Positions 11,318-25,062 of a stretch of DNA of 64,000 nucleotides are shown piece by piece. The notes beneath the pieces were generated by a model. That model was not told the origin of the DNA and did not search any database. It saw only the letters and a program-made list of their open reading frames with translations. This DNA comes from Eledone cirrhosa (Eukaryota), in contig OZ024754.1 in NCBI GenBank assembly GCA_964016885.1, positions 27,652,001 through 27,716,000 on the forward strand, read 5' to 3'. Position 1 is the first letter of the stretch. Every line of letters starts with the position of its first letter. The position numbers and the translations under genes are program-made.

Positions 11318-12617
11318 ACTTTCACCGCCAATGTACAGCAGCAAGCATTTTTTGAAAAATTTGCTTGATCCTAAGAAAAAGTAACAGAGGTTGAGAGATG
11401 TCTTGTTATCTCTAACTATTGCTTTGTTTCTATTTCTTTAGGGCATTTCTGAATTTATTAGAATATGAATCCAGTCCCACCATTGAGATATATTATCTTC
11501 ATGGTGAATGTCTGCTGTTTTTTTTACCCTCGGGAAATTGTGAAATTGGTTTGCAGCTACTATGGCCTTTTGAGATATAATATTGAAAACACATGTCACT
11601 CAACCATATTCGTGTGACCATTTTGTCACTGAACTATACTCTCCGTATGATATCAATTTTTATGTATTATAATTTTATCAATATTTTATCTTAAATTAAG
11701 CATATTTTTATCTATTATTATCTAATTTTATAAATCTTTTATTTTTTATCCATTATATCAACTACTTTCAATGTTGTATTATATTTTAAATTCCAATGTA
11801 TTAATTTTTGTACCAGAAACTCTCTAGCGCTTTAGCATTTAAAGAGACCATATCCGACCATAATTCTCTCGCCTCTTTCTATTCAAACTGGCCATAATTA
11901 GCCACTCATACTGATAGTAAGGTATTTTTCTCAAAACAAATAACATAAAACTCTCGTAGATTCAATATTATATGAGATAATTATATAAGGTAAAGCCTTT
12001 TATGTGAAAATACATACACTATTTTTGTGCCTTTTTTAGCAACACAAAAATCCTCTAATACTTTGGATTAATATGGCTGACTAAAATTATATATCTGCAC
12101 ATTGTGTGGTGTCAACTATATTTTGTTTTGTATTTTATGCTTTCTTTAAAAATTTTTTTTTTAGTCTTATATTTTAAAAATATATTAAAATAAATTATAA
12201 CGTTTTTTATTTACATATCTTTATAATGCACCTTCCAATATTGATTGTAACCTTTATTTACTTTTATATGAATGATCTAGTTAATAGTTACTTGTCCATT
12301 TGCCAATATAATATGCTTTTGTAAAAGTAATTATTAACTATTATATATTAAATTACAAGATTTATTTATATAACATGCTTATAATATTGGTTGTATCATA
12401 TTTACTTGTATATTTGTCTATATTGTTTGTTTTGTGTTAAATTATTTTATTATTATTATGTTGGATTATTTTTTTAATTATTATGTTAAACTATTTGTAT
12501 GTAATATTTAATTTTTTTATTAATTCAACTATAATAATCGACATATGAAATTTAAATCAACAATAGGAGAAAAAAAAATATCTTATTGCACAAACAATAA
12601 TTCTGCACAAATTTTGC

Positions 12618-12692
12618 TCCGGGTCGATAAAATAAAGTACCAGTAATGCACTGGGTAATTGCTGGCCTTGTGCCTAAAGTAGAAACAATTAT
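12618..12692 (+). mobile_element. SINE 3' fragment
   Basis: gggtcgataaaataaagtaccagtaatgcactgggtaattgctggccttgtgcctaaagtagaaacaattatt. Confidence 0.8.
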
Positions 12693-12874
12693 TAGATCTA
12701 ATGTTGCAACGATGCAGTTAAATGTTGTCTGTGTATTTTAAAAAAGATTTGCTTATAATCTTTTCAAATTTCATTACGCCAATGATTCAAGCTCAAATTG
12801 ACATTATCTAAAAAATTGTACAAACAGCGGTGGATTAGCAGTAGTGAACAGATAAATCAGTCAATTTATTAAGA

Positions 12875-13532
12875 TTGACTTGGCATCAATCAGCAAGACC
12901 TTCATTAGCTGCTCTCCAGCCATCTATTTAAAGCTGTATACATCTATGGTACGAATACACTTGGAGTTCGCGTCATCAGTCTGGAACCCCTATCTTGCTC
13001 AGAACATTGACCTCCTGGAAACTGTTCAGAGACATGCAACCAAGCGCATACCCTCCATCAGACACCTACCATACCCTGAATATTTTGCTTCCCTCTGGCA
13101 ATGGACTTGGTAAACACCCACAAAGTTATTAACCATCCGACCAACAACAACCCCGAACACCTTTTTGATCTCCATGTGTCTAACACGTGGACATGTCTAC
13201 AAAGTCAGAAAACAACACAGCTCCCATGACTTTAGGAAATATTTCTTCATGCTCAGAGTTGCTGAAGGATGGAACAAACTTCCTGCATCAGTTGTTAGCT
13301 GATGACACACTGCATCCTTTAAAACCATCATACATTCCGAAATACACCAAAACTACACCTGATGTCCCCCTTCCATACACATGCACATATGTGTATATCA
13401 TGACTCATGCACTGTTCTTTTTTCCTGACGTTTTTATATTACCCTATGTATTATATATGCACTTTTGATGAGTTGTAGTGCACCTCAGCATTGTACACAA
13501 TATTTTCATTATTATTATCATTATTATTATTA
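12875..13532 (+). mobile_element. 5'-truncated CR1/L2-group LINE 3' end
   Basis: LKLYTSMVRIHLEFASSVWNPYLAQNIDLLETVQRHATKRIP is the typical CR1-group RT C-terminal region; frameshifted afterwards; ends in (att)n at ~13508-13531. Confidence 0.8.
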
Positions 13533-14004
13533 CACTCATTGATCCATTTTGCACTAACTCTGCATCAAGCACCCTCACCTAAATATTAACCAATCAAGGA
13601 TCCAATACAGCTATCTGTTGGATGAGTATTGTATAGTGCCAAAAACGAAACCAATCAGTTTAGCAGAAAGTTTCCAGACAAGAAACACGCATATTTTGCT
13701 ATCCTCAAACACGTTTACACATGGCATGAAATATAACTAATCCGAGATGGCTAGGTTTCATCTTCTAACTGGATATACGAAATCCATTATGTCTTGACAA
13801 CAACATGAGGTAACATTATGTTATTCACAGACACACTTTGTACACTGTTCCATATCAGAATGTATTTCCTTCGTCACATTCACAAACAGTATTGAAAATA
13901 TGTTCTTCGGCAAATAAAAATGTTTTGTTCATAATATGTCAACTAGCGATTGCTCTACTCCACGCACGACCACCATAAATTAATGACCAGCTCAACACAA
14001 GTTT

Positions 14005-14172
14005 TGGTAGAGCGTCATACACCATGCTTTGCAGTATTGTTATGGTCCTTTGCATTCTAAGTTCAAATCCTGCCGAGGTTAACTTCGACTTTCATACTTA
14101 CTAATTCGATAAAATAAAGTACCAGTAATGGACTGCCGTAATGGATTTGTGCCGAAAAATAGAAACACTATT
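14005..14172 (+). mobile_element. Diverged SINE
   Basis: B-box aagttcaaatcc followed by gaggttaacttc...tcgataaaataaagtaccagtaat. Confidence 0.7.
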
Positions 14173-14724
14173 AATGTGCAATAAGAGCAAAATATAACGA
14201 CATTGCTCAATTATTTTATCTAATGTTGTAATAACACAAGGAAATGTTGTTTGTGTATTTTTTTTTTATATTTGCTCATAGGCTTTTACAATTTCGCTCA
14301 GCCAACAACTATTAAAAAGTGAGTTGCTTAAGATAACAATTTAATCACAAATTGTTGCTATCTTTTAATACACTCCAACAAGTCATCAAATTATGTACAA
14401 TAAAAACAAATCTTATTAATTTGCTCAGGGAATATAAAGAAAATGTATATACACTGATAATTGCAATTGTATGTAAATATTTTGTTTTTGTATTGTTTAT
14501 TTTATGTTTTCTATTATGTATAATATATTGATTTAATATTGATTGTTTTTTGTAGTTGTTTATATTAAAAGTCTGAAAATATTTTTATACATCTTACACT
14601 AATATTTATAAGATAATTTAGAATAACAATTACATAATCTAATTACATTACAACGATAATTTATTATTAATATATATCCTGTTTAACTAGAGTTATTACA
14701 AGCGTTGCCTTAAAAAAATATTAA

Positions 14725-15681
14725 ACTAGACATGAAAAATGCGCAAGCTCAAAAGTGCCACAGAATGTTATAATAAACCTTCAAAAGTGTGGGACTAGAG
14801 TTGTTGCTAAAAAATATTGTAATCATTATATATCGTACATTCTGTGGCATCCTTTATAAAAATAGCTTAAACCAACGAAGCCTTTATTTTTACGCTATTT
14901 CACTTAGTTAATTCTTAGAGTGTAACATATAAAAATAAATACATCTATGTTTAATGTAATAACAGCTATAAATAATTACGTAATATTATTATCATATACT
15001 CATAGTAACAAAATAATTGTGTTGAAACTTAATATGATGCTTATATGAACGATCAAATCTATAATGATAATTTCTTAAATATACTAATAGTAAAATAATT
15101 TAGTTATCTATTGTTACATTTTCATAGAACTATAATTTTAACAATCGTATTGCATTATCAAATTTTTATCACTACAAACTTTCATATTGGAATTACCTTA
15201 AGCCACTTATTATTACTTCGCTTTCGTACTTTTACAGCTGTAGATATTGCGCTGTATCTTATATCTAATATCAATATCTCATGGTAATTTGCATGAAGTG
15301 TAAAATAGGTTTATTAATAACTTTAATATGAAATGTATTATACAGGGCTGCAGAGTCGGCCAAAAATTGACTGGCTCCAACTCAGGATCCGATACTCCAT
15401 TATTTCCTAAATTTCAGCTCCGCAGCTCTGTTATTATATTAATTAATTTATTTTATAGTTGTAAATCATATTTTTATATGTTACACTCTAAGAATCAACT
15501 AAGTGAAATAGCGTAAAAATAAAGGCTTCGTTGGTTTAAGCTATTTTTATAAAGGATGCCACAGAATGTACGATATATAATGATTACAATATTTTTTAGC
15601 AACAACTCTAGTCCCACACTTTTGAAGGTTTATTATAACATTCTGTGGCACTTTTGAGCTTGCGCATTTTTCATGTCTAGT
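14725..15681. repeat. 213-bp near-perfect inverted repeat with ~530-bp spacer
   Basis: 14725-14937 (actagacatgaaaaatgcgc...catataaaaata) is the reverse complement of 15469-15681 with about one mismatch. Confidence 0.9.
15343..15430. mobile_element. Tiny hAT-like MITE
   Basis: TIRs cagggctgcagag / ctccgcagctctg, internal gctccaactc motif, 8-bp flanks gtattata / ttattata (7 of 8 match, TSD-like). Confidence 0.6.
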
Positions 15682-15742
15682 ATATATATGTGCATGCTAC
15701 TGTACGTCTGTATACATATATGTATGTACGTATACATGCATA

Positions 15743-15801
<59 letters not shown>

Positions 15802-15806
<5 letters not shown>

Positions 15807-16175
15807 CGTATTTAAGAAAGCCACAACAATGCAAAGGGAGATCTCGAGGTAGGAAGTGAAATATAGATAGGAAAAACAGGTGAAAGTGAAAATTGAGAGA
15901 GACAAAGATGAAAACAAAACAAAGGTAGAAGGGTTACTGTAGTAGAGATTTAATCCCAATATTTCGGGCTCACGCCCATCAACGGGGGAAAAGTTCCCAA
16001 AGGGGGTGAACATGCCAAGCGGATTAAATCTCTACTACGGTAACCCTTCTACCTTTGTTTTGTTTTCATCTTTGTCTCTCTCAATTTTCACTTTCACCTG
16101 TTTTTCCTATCTATATTTCACTTCCTACCTCGAGATTTCCCTTTGCATTGTTGTGGCTTTCTTAAATACGTATTT
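15802..16175. repeat. Fold-back insert (~155-bp arms) with variant HHR at the inner edge
   Basis: 15802-15956 is the reverse complement of 16021-16175; flanked by (TA)n on both sides. Confidence 0.85.
15954..15989 (-). ncRNA. Hammerhead-like motif with altered core (CCGUUGA)
   Basis: Reverse complement tccc-CCGTTGA-t gggc gtga gccc-GAAA-ta-TT-ggga; stems I and II perfect, GNRA loop, palindromic AATATT stem III, two core substitutions. Confidence 0.55.
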
Positions 16176-16215
16176 TTACACATTTCACAATGCTTCAAGC
16201 AAACTTTAACACCCT

Positions 16216-16282
<67 letters not shown>

Positions 16283-16314
16283 ATGTATGTACACATATAT
16301 ATACATTATATATA

Positions 16315-16361
<47 letters not shown>

Positions 16362-17223
16362 TGTGCATGCGGAGGGCCAGTGTTGCACATCCACACCCGT
16401 TCTCACACACATATATATATATAGGGAGGTAGGTTCCCAACCTCAAGGTTAACTACAGTTAAAAAAGATACTCAATCCGCTGGGAGAGAATTAGCATCTT
16501 TATTTCATATAGAAATGACTTTTGCAAGACGAGTACTGTTTTATATATATAAACCACATTTATATTGTTATAAGTGTGGTACAATAGAGACACTGTTCTT
16601 CCAAATGGATTCCCCACCATACCATAATAGATACAGTTTTCTTTTCATATTTAATTTTAGCAGTTTTATGTATTTAGATAATCCATTAAGAAGAGGATTA
16701 TATAAATGTGATATAGTTTCGTATTCCAGTAAGCAACGTAATAAACAAATATAGTATTTGATAGAATGTAATCCAATATATAAAGTTAATTTTTCATCTC
16801 TATTATTATTTAGTAATTTTTTTATATTAATTCAGAAATATTCGAAGGCAATCATCAGGATCAAGAACTGGTAAAAAGAACATTTCGTACATTCATGCAT
16901 GAATATTATTCACTGTTAAGGAAGAATTCTTTAACGTATAATATGGAATCCTATAAAAGAAGTTTGTCGACTTAAATAAGCAAAAAGCTAAAGGAAAACT
17001 AAATTGAACGAAGAGCTGTTCCAATCATTGCTCTCTATTTTCAAGAGGCAACAATTTTACTGTTACGTTTTTTTTGTTTCATATTGGATTAGAACATTTC
17101 TACAGATTCCAACTCACAATTAAACATATTCTTAAGCACAAACATATATCATCTACATTCACACATTTATAGTTGCAGCTATACATATACACAGACATAT
17201 ACACACAGCCACACACACATATA

Positions 17224-17271
<48 letters not shown>

Positions 17272-17392
17272 TATATATGTATATATATATGAATATATAT
17301 ATATATATTATATACATATATATATACACATATATATATATATACACATATATATATATATATGTATATATATGTATATATATATTATATAC

Positions 17393-17508
<116 letters not shown>

Positions 17509-17739
17509 GGCACGACTTAAGAAAATCAATGTATAACGAAGTGTGCACATGATTAAATTTACCAAGTATCCTTGCGGCTCTCTGGTTAATATATTAGTTT
17601 CATTGTAACTCCTCGTTAGTGGCTACAAGCAAATGATTGCCTCTCTACAAGTGTTCAATTTTCTCATTTCCTATCTATATATATGTATCTCCCTCTTAGT
17701 TTGTATATATCTATAACGCTTCTTACCTGATCAGTATAA

Positions 17740-17770
<31 letters not shown>

Positions 17771-17799
17771 AATACATACACACACACACACATATATAT

Positions 17800-17851
<52 letters not shown>

Positions 17852-18910
17852 GGGGTAGAGAGAGAGGTGCGTGTCTGTGTGCATGTGTGTGTACGTGCAA
17901 GCACGTACCTTAAGTGAAATAAATAATATATAGTGTTATAATCCTGTTTACAATATTTTGGAGTTTGTAATATATTTATACCTTTCTACATTACAGGGAA
18001 TTTGTTGTTCAGCGTCGTATCAGACACGAGCGAGCAAACCTCTGGTTAAATCGTTCCAAGTATGACTTTTCCGTTCATTTGTATATGAAGATTTACATCG
18101 TCCTACAAAGTCTCCTTTAGATAAGTCAGCTGACACCCTCATCAATTATTTATGGCAAATCCAGGAATCATATAAAAGCTTCCAAAATTAATAAATAAGA
18201 AAGGAATATATTTTCGTTTTACTGATATATCCCGTTGCACAACTCGAGTATTGTATGCGCAATGATAAATAACTTTGAAATTTATGTATTACAAAGTTGA
18301 TGACAAGCCCCTGTAAATTTTAAGTGAAGCTGCCTAGAATTTAAAAACGTGACCTAATAACTTATTCATTGAATTCAGTGAAGAACAGCTGTAGAAAGTA
18401 TTTTGAAACTCAACATGCTACGCTATCTATTATTTCAACATAAAGCACATTATAGCAAAACATTGAAGAATCAAGATATTTTTTTAATAATTTTCTTCAG
18501 AAATCAGTTACAACCCATATGATTTGTAGTCAGTCTTACGGGAATAGTTAAAACACCAAACAAATGTTAATTAACGATGAACACAATCAACTGCAGAATG
18601 AAAGAATAGATTATTGACAAAATATCGATATAGACATTTCGTGTTAATTAGATTTTTATTAAAACAATTCTTTCCAGTATTAAATATCCAAGATGAGAGA
18701 ATGAGACAGAGGGTATATTTAGTTCAACTACAGACTAGCAATTACATGTTAAAATGTTTACTGAATATATTTATTTAAAAACACCAGCTACTTGTAAAAT
18801 GTTGAGCAGCTATTATATAACATCAAAATCATCTCAAACATACTTCATATTCTTTATACCTACATACATAATGCACGCACAGACACACATACACACACAC
18901 ATATATCTAC

Positions 18911-18991
<81 letters not shown>

Positions 18992-19027
18992 CATACATTA
19001 TATGTATATATATATATATACAAACAT

Positions 19028-19081
<54 letters not shown>

Positions 19082-19139
19082 AAAAGGTAACAACACAATC
19101 GGTACAGTATATGGAAGGTATATATTAGGTTAATGCTTG

Positions 19140-19442
19140 ATATAGCAAGAAGAGGGTCTTAACGTTTCGGACGTTAGTCCTTCATCAGAAAAAAGAATGT
19201 GAAATAATATAGATTGAGGGGACGGGCGGGATGGAATTGGAAGAAATGTCTTCAGATAAAAATAACAGGTTCATTCGTGTTGACAACTCTTGCAAAACTG
19301 TTGGTGCTGGCGTTTTGTGTATGATATATTTTTTAGAAAAGTGGTTGATGGAGCGCATCTACCTGAAATGGAAAAAAGCCGTTTTCTAAAACGAGCTATA
19401 CATGAGCACGTGCGTAAGCATGTGTTTGTGTGCGTGTGTGTG

Positions 19443-19524
<82 letters not shown>

Positions 19525-20560
19525 ATACGTCCGTACGAAGCCAAGAAGAAATGTGTCTGTATATGTGAGTAAAAGAGTGTGTGTGCATGTAAGTACGAAG
19601 CTATGAACAAAAGTATGTTAATATAAGGGTGTGTGTGTGTGCGTATACAGAGCAGTGAAGGGAAAAGTGGAGTGAGCATATATATAGTCGGCCTGTATTA
19701 GCTGCAAGATGTTAATGATTAAGAGAAAGCGATAGGAATCTAGGGGTGTGTAAAGGACGGGGTATTAGAGAAATTGGGGAGGTGAGTTGAGTCCAAGAAG
19801 GGAATAGGACCCAAGGCGGTGAATCAGACTCTGTTCAGTCCTGGTGCGCGACGCCTGTGATCCATGATGTAAAAGGACACCCAGGACTGAAACATGTTGG
19901 GAAGAATGATCAGGAGAACAGAAATGACGGGCGACAGGAGTATCCAAACCGAGTCGTATGTCCCTCAAATGCTCGGCAAAACGATCCGCCGTACGGCGTC
20001 CCGTTTGTCCGATGTATAAAGACTCGCAAAGGGAACACCGGAGGACATAAAAAACATGGGTGGATGTGCAGGTGAACGAGTGGCGGATACGGAAAGACCC
20101 GTTAGAACCAGGAGGTCGCGGGGGTTGCGGGCGCGCTTAAAAGCAGTAATGGGTGGGTTTGGAAAAAAGTGAGAAGAGGATGCGGAAGAAACGGAAGATA
20201 TGTCGCCGGAGTGGTAGGGTGATGGGATGGTAGATGAGAGGGAAAGGAACGCGGGTGTTGGGAGGGCGGGGGTGAGGTGAGAGGGCTGTGGAGCAGTCTG
20301 TTTCACGGGCGCGGGTGAGAGCAGCTTGGATCAGGGGGGGGGGGATGTCCACGCTGGATGAAGGAGGAAGCCATTCGAAGGGAATGTGTTTTGAAATCGG
20401 CTCCCTGGCTACAGAGCCAACGAAGACGGAGGAATTGGGAATAGGGTATGGAGTGTTTGGTGTGGGTTGGATGGGAGGAGGTGAAGTCGAGGTAAGATTG
20501 GAGGCTGTTGGTTAAATGAAGATGGAAGTAGAGCAGATGTGGTGAGAGTGATTAATAGAT
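19140..20560 (-). mobile_element. 5'-truncated, frameshifted Penelope-like element (RT C-terminus + GIY-YIG endonuclease)
   Basis: Minus strand encodes SYLDFTSSHPTHTKHSIPYSQFLRLRRLCS (~20400-20510), PPLIQAALTRAR..RVPFPLIYHP, and RDIRLGLDTPVARHF..H..RTRTEQSLIHRLGSYSLLGLN; HHR in the 3' region. Confidence 0.85.
19157..19192 (-). ncRNA. Minimal type I hammerhead ribozyme at the 3' end of the Penelope-like element
   Basis: Reverse complement tttt-CTGATGA-a ggac taac gtcc-GAAA-cg-TT-aaga; palindromic AACGTT stem III. Confidence 0.8.
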
Positions 20561-20688
20561 AGAGAGATATCTAGAAAAGCGACAGAAGAATCGGAGACGG
20601 AGGCGGTGAAATTATATATATATGTGTGTGTGTATGTATGTATATATAAAGTAAAAGAAGTATTTCCGTATATATATAGTATATAAAT

Positions 20689-20779
<91 letters not shown>

Positions 20780-21626
20780 TGCGTGTGTGTGTGTGTGTGT
20801 TGTCAGGTCGGATCAAAGAACCCATGACCATGAAAGAGCTAGTAACCACCAATTCCTGCTTGTTAGAAGACGTTAAACCTCTAGCTAGAAGTGTAAACAA
20901 AACATTTGACTTAATAATCCCGAAAAATATTCCCGAGTTGTCTAACGTGACATAATTTGTGTCTGACGGTTTTTTAGCACATAGGTTAACGTACTCTACC
21001 GACATCCAAGAGATGTGCGTTTTAACTTCTTGCAAGTGAATATCGACATTTCTTCCACCGCCAGATTTACTTTACTCGATTTTATCATTATTTATAATAA
21101 TTTACTTATTATGGTCATGGTCAATTGCATTGCGACACATACATTTCTAATTTTCCCAGCTTCTGAAGTTAACCGCTTTATCTACACACAGAGATACAGT
21201 GGTAAAAATTATATATTCCCGTTAGACCTGTGCGAAATTCCTTCCTTGCTCTCATTTCAACCAGGTTTGATGGTCTTTATTCTCTCTCGTTCACGATTTC
21301 ACCGAACTTATATTCATGGAAATTTTTGGACTTGACTCGCTCTTCCTCACTTTTCGTTGCTTCACCATCTTTGTTTGTTTATACACTCGCTGTTCCCTTT
21401 ATTTACATGTCCCAACGACTTTCTTTAGCCGTTGCTCGCACCAACCAGAGGTATATGGTCTTTAAAGCGAAGAAATACCGATGACGGTTGGAAGATCACT
21501 GATGAAGGACCACTTTATTCATATATATATATATATATATACATATATAACGAAGGAAATGTGGTAAGGAACCAGATGGACCATAACGCACCAAAGTACT
21601 CAATAGTTAGGGTAGTAGAGTGGGTA

Positions 21627-21726
21627 ATAGGAACGAGTAGGACCTCGACGGCTGAGCTCTAGCCGTTTCGACGGCTTATTTCGCTGTCGAAACGGCTTGA
21701 GCTCAGCCGTCGGGGTCCTACTGGTT

Positions 21727-21731
<5 letters not shown>
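21627..21731. repeat. Imperfect hairpin made of two inverted HHR 3' halves
   Basis: Arms fold about gacggc-ttatttc-gctgtc; right arm GAAA-cggct tgagctc agccg-TC-ggggtc; related sequence at 26590-26643 and 51641-51660. Confidence 0.7.
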
Positions 21732-21781
<50 letters not shown>

Positions 21782-21924
21782 AGTATGTTTTGAAACAGTG
21801 AGCGAGTTTGAAATTAGAAAATATATAGCTTTCACCGTATTTTTAACTAAAGGAATTTTAACTTGATAACGGGGTTTAGAACCCTCAGATAAATGGAAAA
21901 AGATGAGTATTGACGTACATGGGA

Positions 21925-21984
<60 letters not shown>

Positions 21985-21986
<2 letters not shown>

Positions 21987-24034
21987 GAAAACGAAAAATC
22001 AGTGATGCATCTGAACTAAGTTTATTGTGTTACAATTGTTTCGCCGGCGGACAGCTCGAGACGCGATCATTGTGTGGATCTGTCTGATTCTGGACCCGCA
22101 GGTTCGACGGACACGTCTAATGATTTCGGACCATATTCTCTCACTGGGGTATCTGAGCCTCTGGGCCAGTACCGTCAAAAACTTCATCCTCTTCGCGCGT
22201 CCTGTGATTGGCTGCTGGTTGTCTACGTCATCATAATTCTAACCACAGGTACCAGTCCGCTCACCATCAGGGCTTTGTCTGTCCCATGTCTGCTACACTT
22301 CAATAAATTACTGCTGTGTTTGGGAGTTTACACATCCATGCGCGCACTCACAGACACACCACAGACACACACACACACTCACATAATCACATAGATAACG
22401 ATAGTCGTACGCATAGACTCCTGCTATATACACACACATTTAAGGAGAACATATAAACATATAAACATACGCATACATGCATCAAGAGAGGCACGTACAT
22501 ACACAGACACATGCCCACATTCCTATATACATCAACATACACACACTCATGTGCATACACATGCATATGCGTATATATACCCGTACACACAAACACGTAC
22601 AGGCATATACATAGACCCATCCTCCACCTACGCACACACACATACACACACGTACCCATATACATATATATATATATACGCACAGCTATACACTCGCTCG
22701 CAAACACACATATATATACACAAACAGCCCTTTCCCTACAGGGGTGCTTGTACACACACACTGGCTCATATACACTCTTACAAATATGCGCATATTCACA
22801 TACACACTCACGCACGCATAAAACAAATATATATATATATACATAAATAGAATATACACACAATGTCATATAAAGATGCACAATGGGTCATTCATAAAAG
22901 GATACATCTTGTTATAAACATGTACATATATAGAAAATACGTACACACACACATATACATATATATATACACATATACATATATACACATATATAAAAAA
23001 GTATAAAATATATTAAAAATATACATATAACGGCACATAGAGATAAACAGTGGGCTATGCATGATAGGGTGCACCTTGTTATATGTGCCTACAGAGATGT
23101 TGTTAAGTTGCGAACATGGATCAATCCACGTATGGAATCTTCACGCAACGACATAATGGGCGTTCATGGTATTACAGTAAATAGTATGCGCAGACCGTAC
23201 ATAGAAAATGCGTGCAGAATAAAAAAAAGACGAAGGAACGTGTATGCATATGAGATAGTACGCAGGAGAAGTATGAGATACACACGTGGGTCTGTACACG
23301 GAAAACACATTAGGTGTTACAAAATGGAATACGTGGGGAGTATGCACTCTCTACTGAAAAGATACACATGTGGGGGTGCGTGGACCGGCCATACTGGAGT
23401 ATGCCACTGTGGTTGAGGTATAGTGTCTTATTGGTGTAAGGCATTTGACTGAATATCAATGGAATCCGGGTCAACCTGTCCCGGCTCAGGCGATGTTCTT
23501 GCCTAGGGTGACGTGCAGAGTCGAGTAGGCATCCTGGGTTATTTCGGCTTACCCCACGGGGCATATATAGTCAACAGGGTGTGGTGTCTGATCTCTTGAA
23601 CCCATTTCGCTGCTCTGGTCGGCGTGCGCTCCGCCGCATGCCTTTAGCTTGGGCTGCCCGGTGGATTTTATGCGGAGAGTGTGCACCTTCTCTGGTGGCT
23701 GCACGTCATGATTATTTCCGATTACAGGTTGACCGCATCATCCTTCAGTCTGACTATCTCCATGGCTTCGGACAGGCATCGCCTACATTTTCTATTTCCA
23801 GCCGAATATGCATTCGCGTGCCGAACGATACCCCAGTCAAGGGCATACGGAGTGCCTTTGTCTTTCAAATCCCACACCAGGTCCGCCAGCCTAGTAGAGT
23901 GCCTCTTGCTCCGGTCTTGAAAGAGCTTGTGTGGTTATATATCCGCGATTTAAAGGTCGTGGATGTTGCGCCGATGTAGGTGCGCTTTATATTGTGCGCG
24001 CTAAACACACATTTATATACCAGGCTCTTCGTTA

Positions 24035-24037
<3 letters not shown>
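21985..24037 (-). mobile_element. Penelope-like element 3' remnant (GIY-YIG fragment plus long 3' region)
   Basis: Minus strand 24037-23720: CLTKSLVYKC..TYIGATSTTFKSRIYNHTSSFK, then (frameshift) VWDLKDKG..DWGIV..CRRCLSE; the distal 22000-22260 segment has a diverged inverted copy at ~58820-59070; continuity across the internal microsatellite is inferred. Confidence 0.65.
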
Positions 24038-24100
<63 letters not shown>

Positions 24101-24130
24101 TATATGTATCTATGCATGTATGTATATATA

Positions 24131-24228
24131 TAATTGTTTCTACTTTAGGCACAAGGCCAGCAATTAGCCAGTACATTACTGGTACTTTATTTTATCGACC
24201 CCGTAAGGATGAAAGGCAAAGTTAACCT
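24131..24228 (-). mobile_element. SINE 3' half inserted in (TA)n
   Basis: ttgtttctactttaggcacaaggccagcaattagccagtacattactggtactttattttatcgaccccgtaaggatgaaaggcaaagttaacct. Confidence 0.85.
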
Positions 24229-24317
24229 TATATATATATATCTGTGTGCTTGTTTATATATATTATATGCATATATGCGTGTGTATGTATATATATATAT
24301 ATATGCATATATGTATG

Positions 24318-24352
<35 letters not shown>

Positions 24353-24974
24353 ACTTTTTTATATATATTATATGCATATATGCGTATGTATATATATATA
24401 TATATTTATACACATATATATGTGTGTGTGTGTATGTGTGTAGTATTGATAAATATTACTTTTCGTCTCCTTATTCACTAACAAATTATCACTTACAAAA
24501 TAATTTTCTCCTCCCACTTCTTTACGATTTCTCATTATTAAAATGTAAATATCTAAATTATTTCCCAGACGCCAATATAATGGTGATGTTTCTTTCATTT
24601 TGTTTTGTTTATCCTAAGAAAACTCTTATGAGCCTACGATTATCTCTTCATCTATTGGGTTTAAAAGCAAAAAAATAAAGTACCGGTTGGGTTATAACAA
24701 ACAAACAAAGAAGCTGATAAATTCTCGATCTACTTCAATCAAATCATGTATCGCGATCAATGATTTTAGCATTTATTTGATGTTTTCAAAGTTTATTGTT
24801 ATATAAACATTATATTAAAGATAATGAAATAGATATTTATTGTTAAGTGTTGAGTAATAGTAATTGACATCGTCTCACTGATAATGAGAATTTTGCCTGT
24901 GAGGTTGGGACATAAGGGATGCACACATACACCCAGCCACCTACACACACACGTATATGTATTTATATACACCC

Positions 24975-25062
<88 letters not shown>

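Noticed and set aside
15640-15681. CTAG|T as the Helitron 3' terminus
   Set aside because: No clear GC-rich subterminal hairpin, it is the end of an inverted repeat arm, and Helentron-type elements need not end in CTRR
22026-22060. Minus-strand GAAA-caattg-TA-acac (HHR 3' half) in the family shared with 58820-59070
   Set aside because: No convincing CUGANGA partner found in either copy
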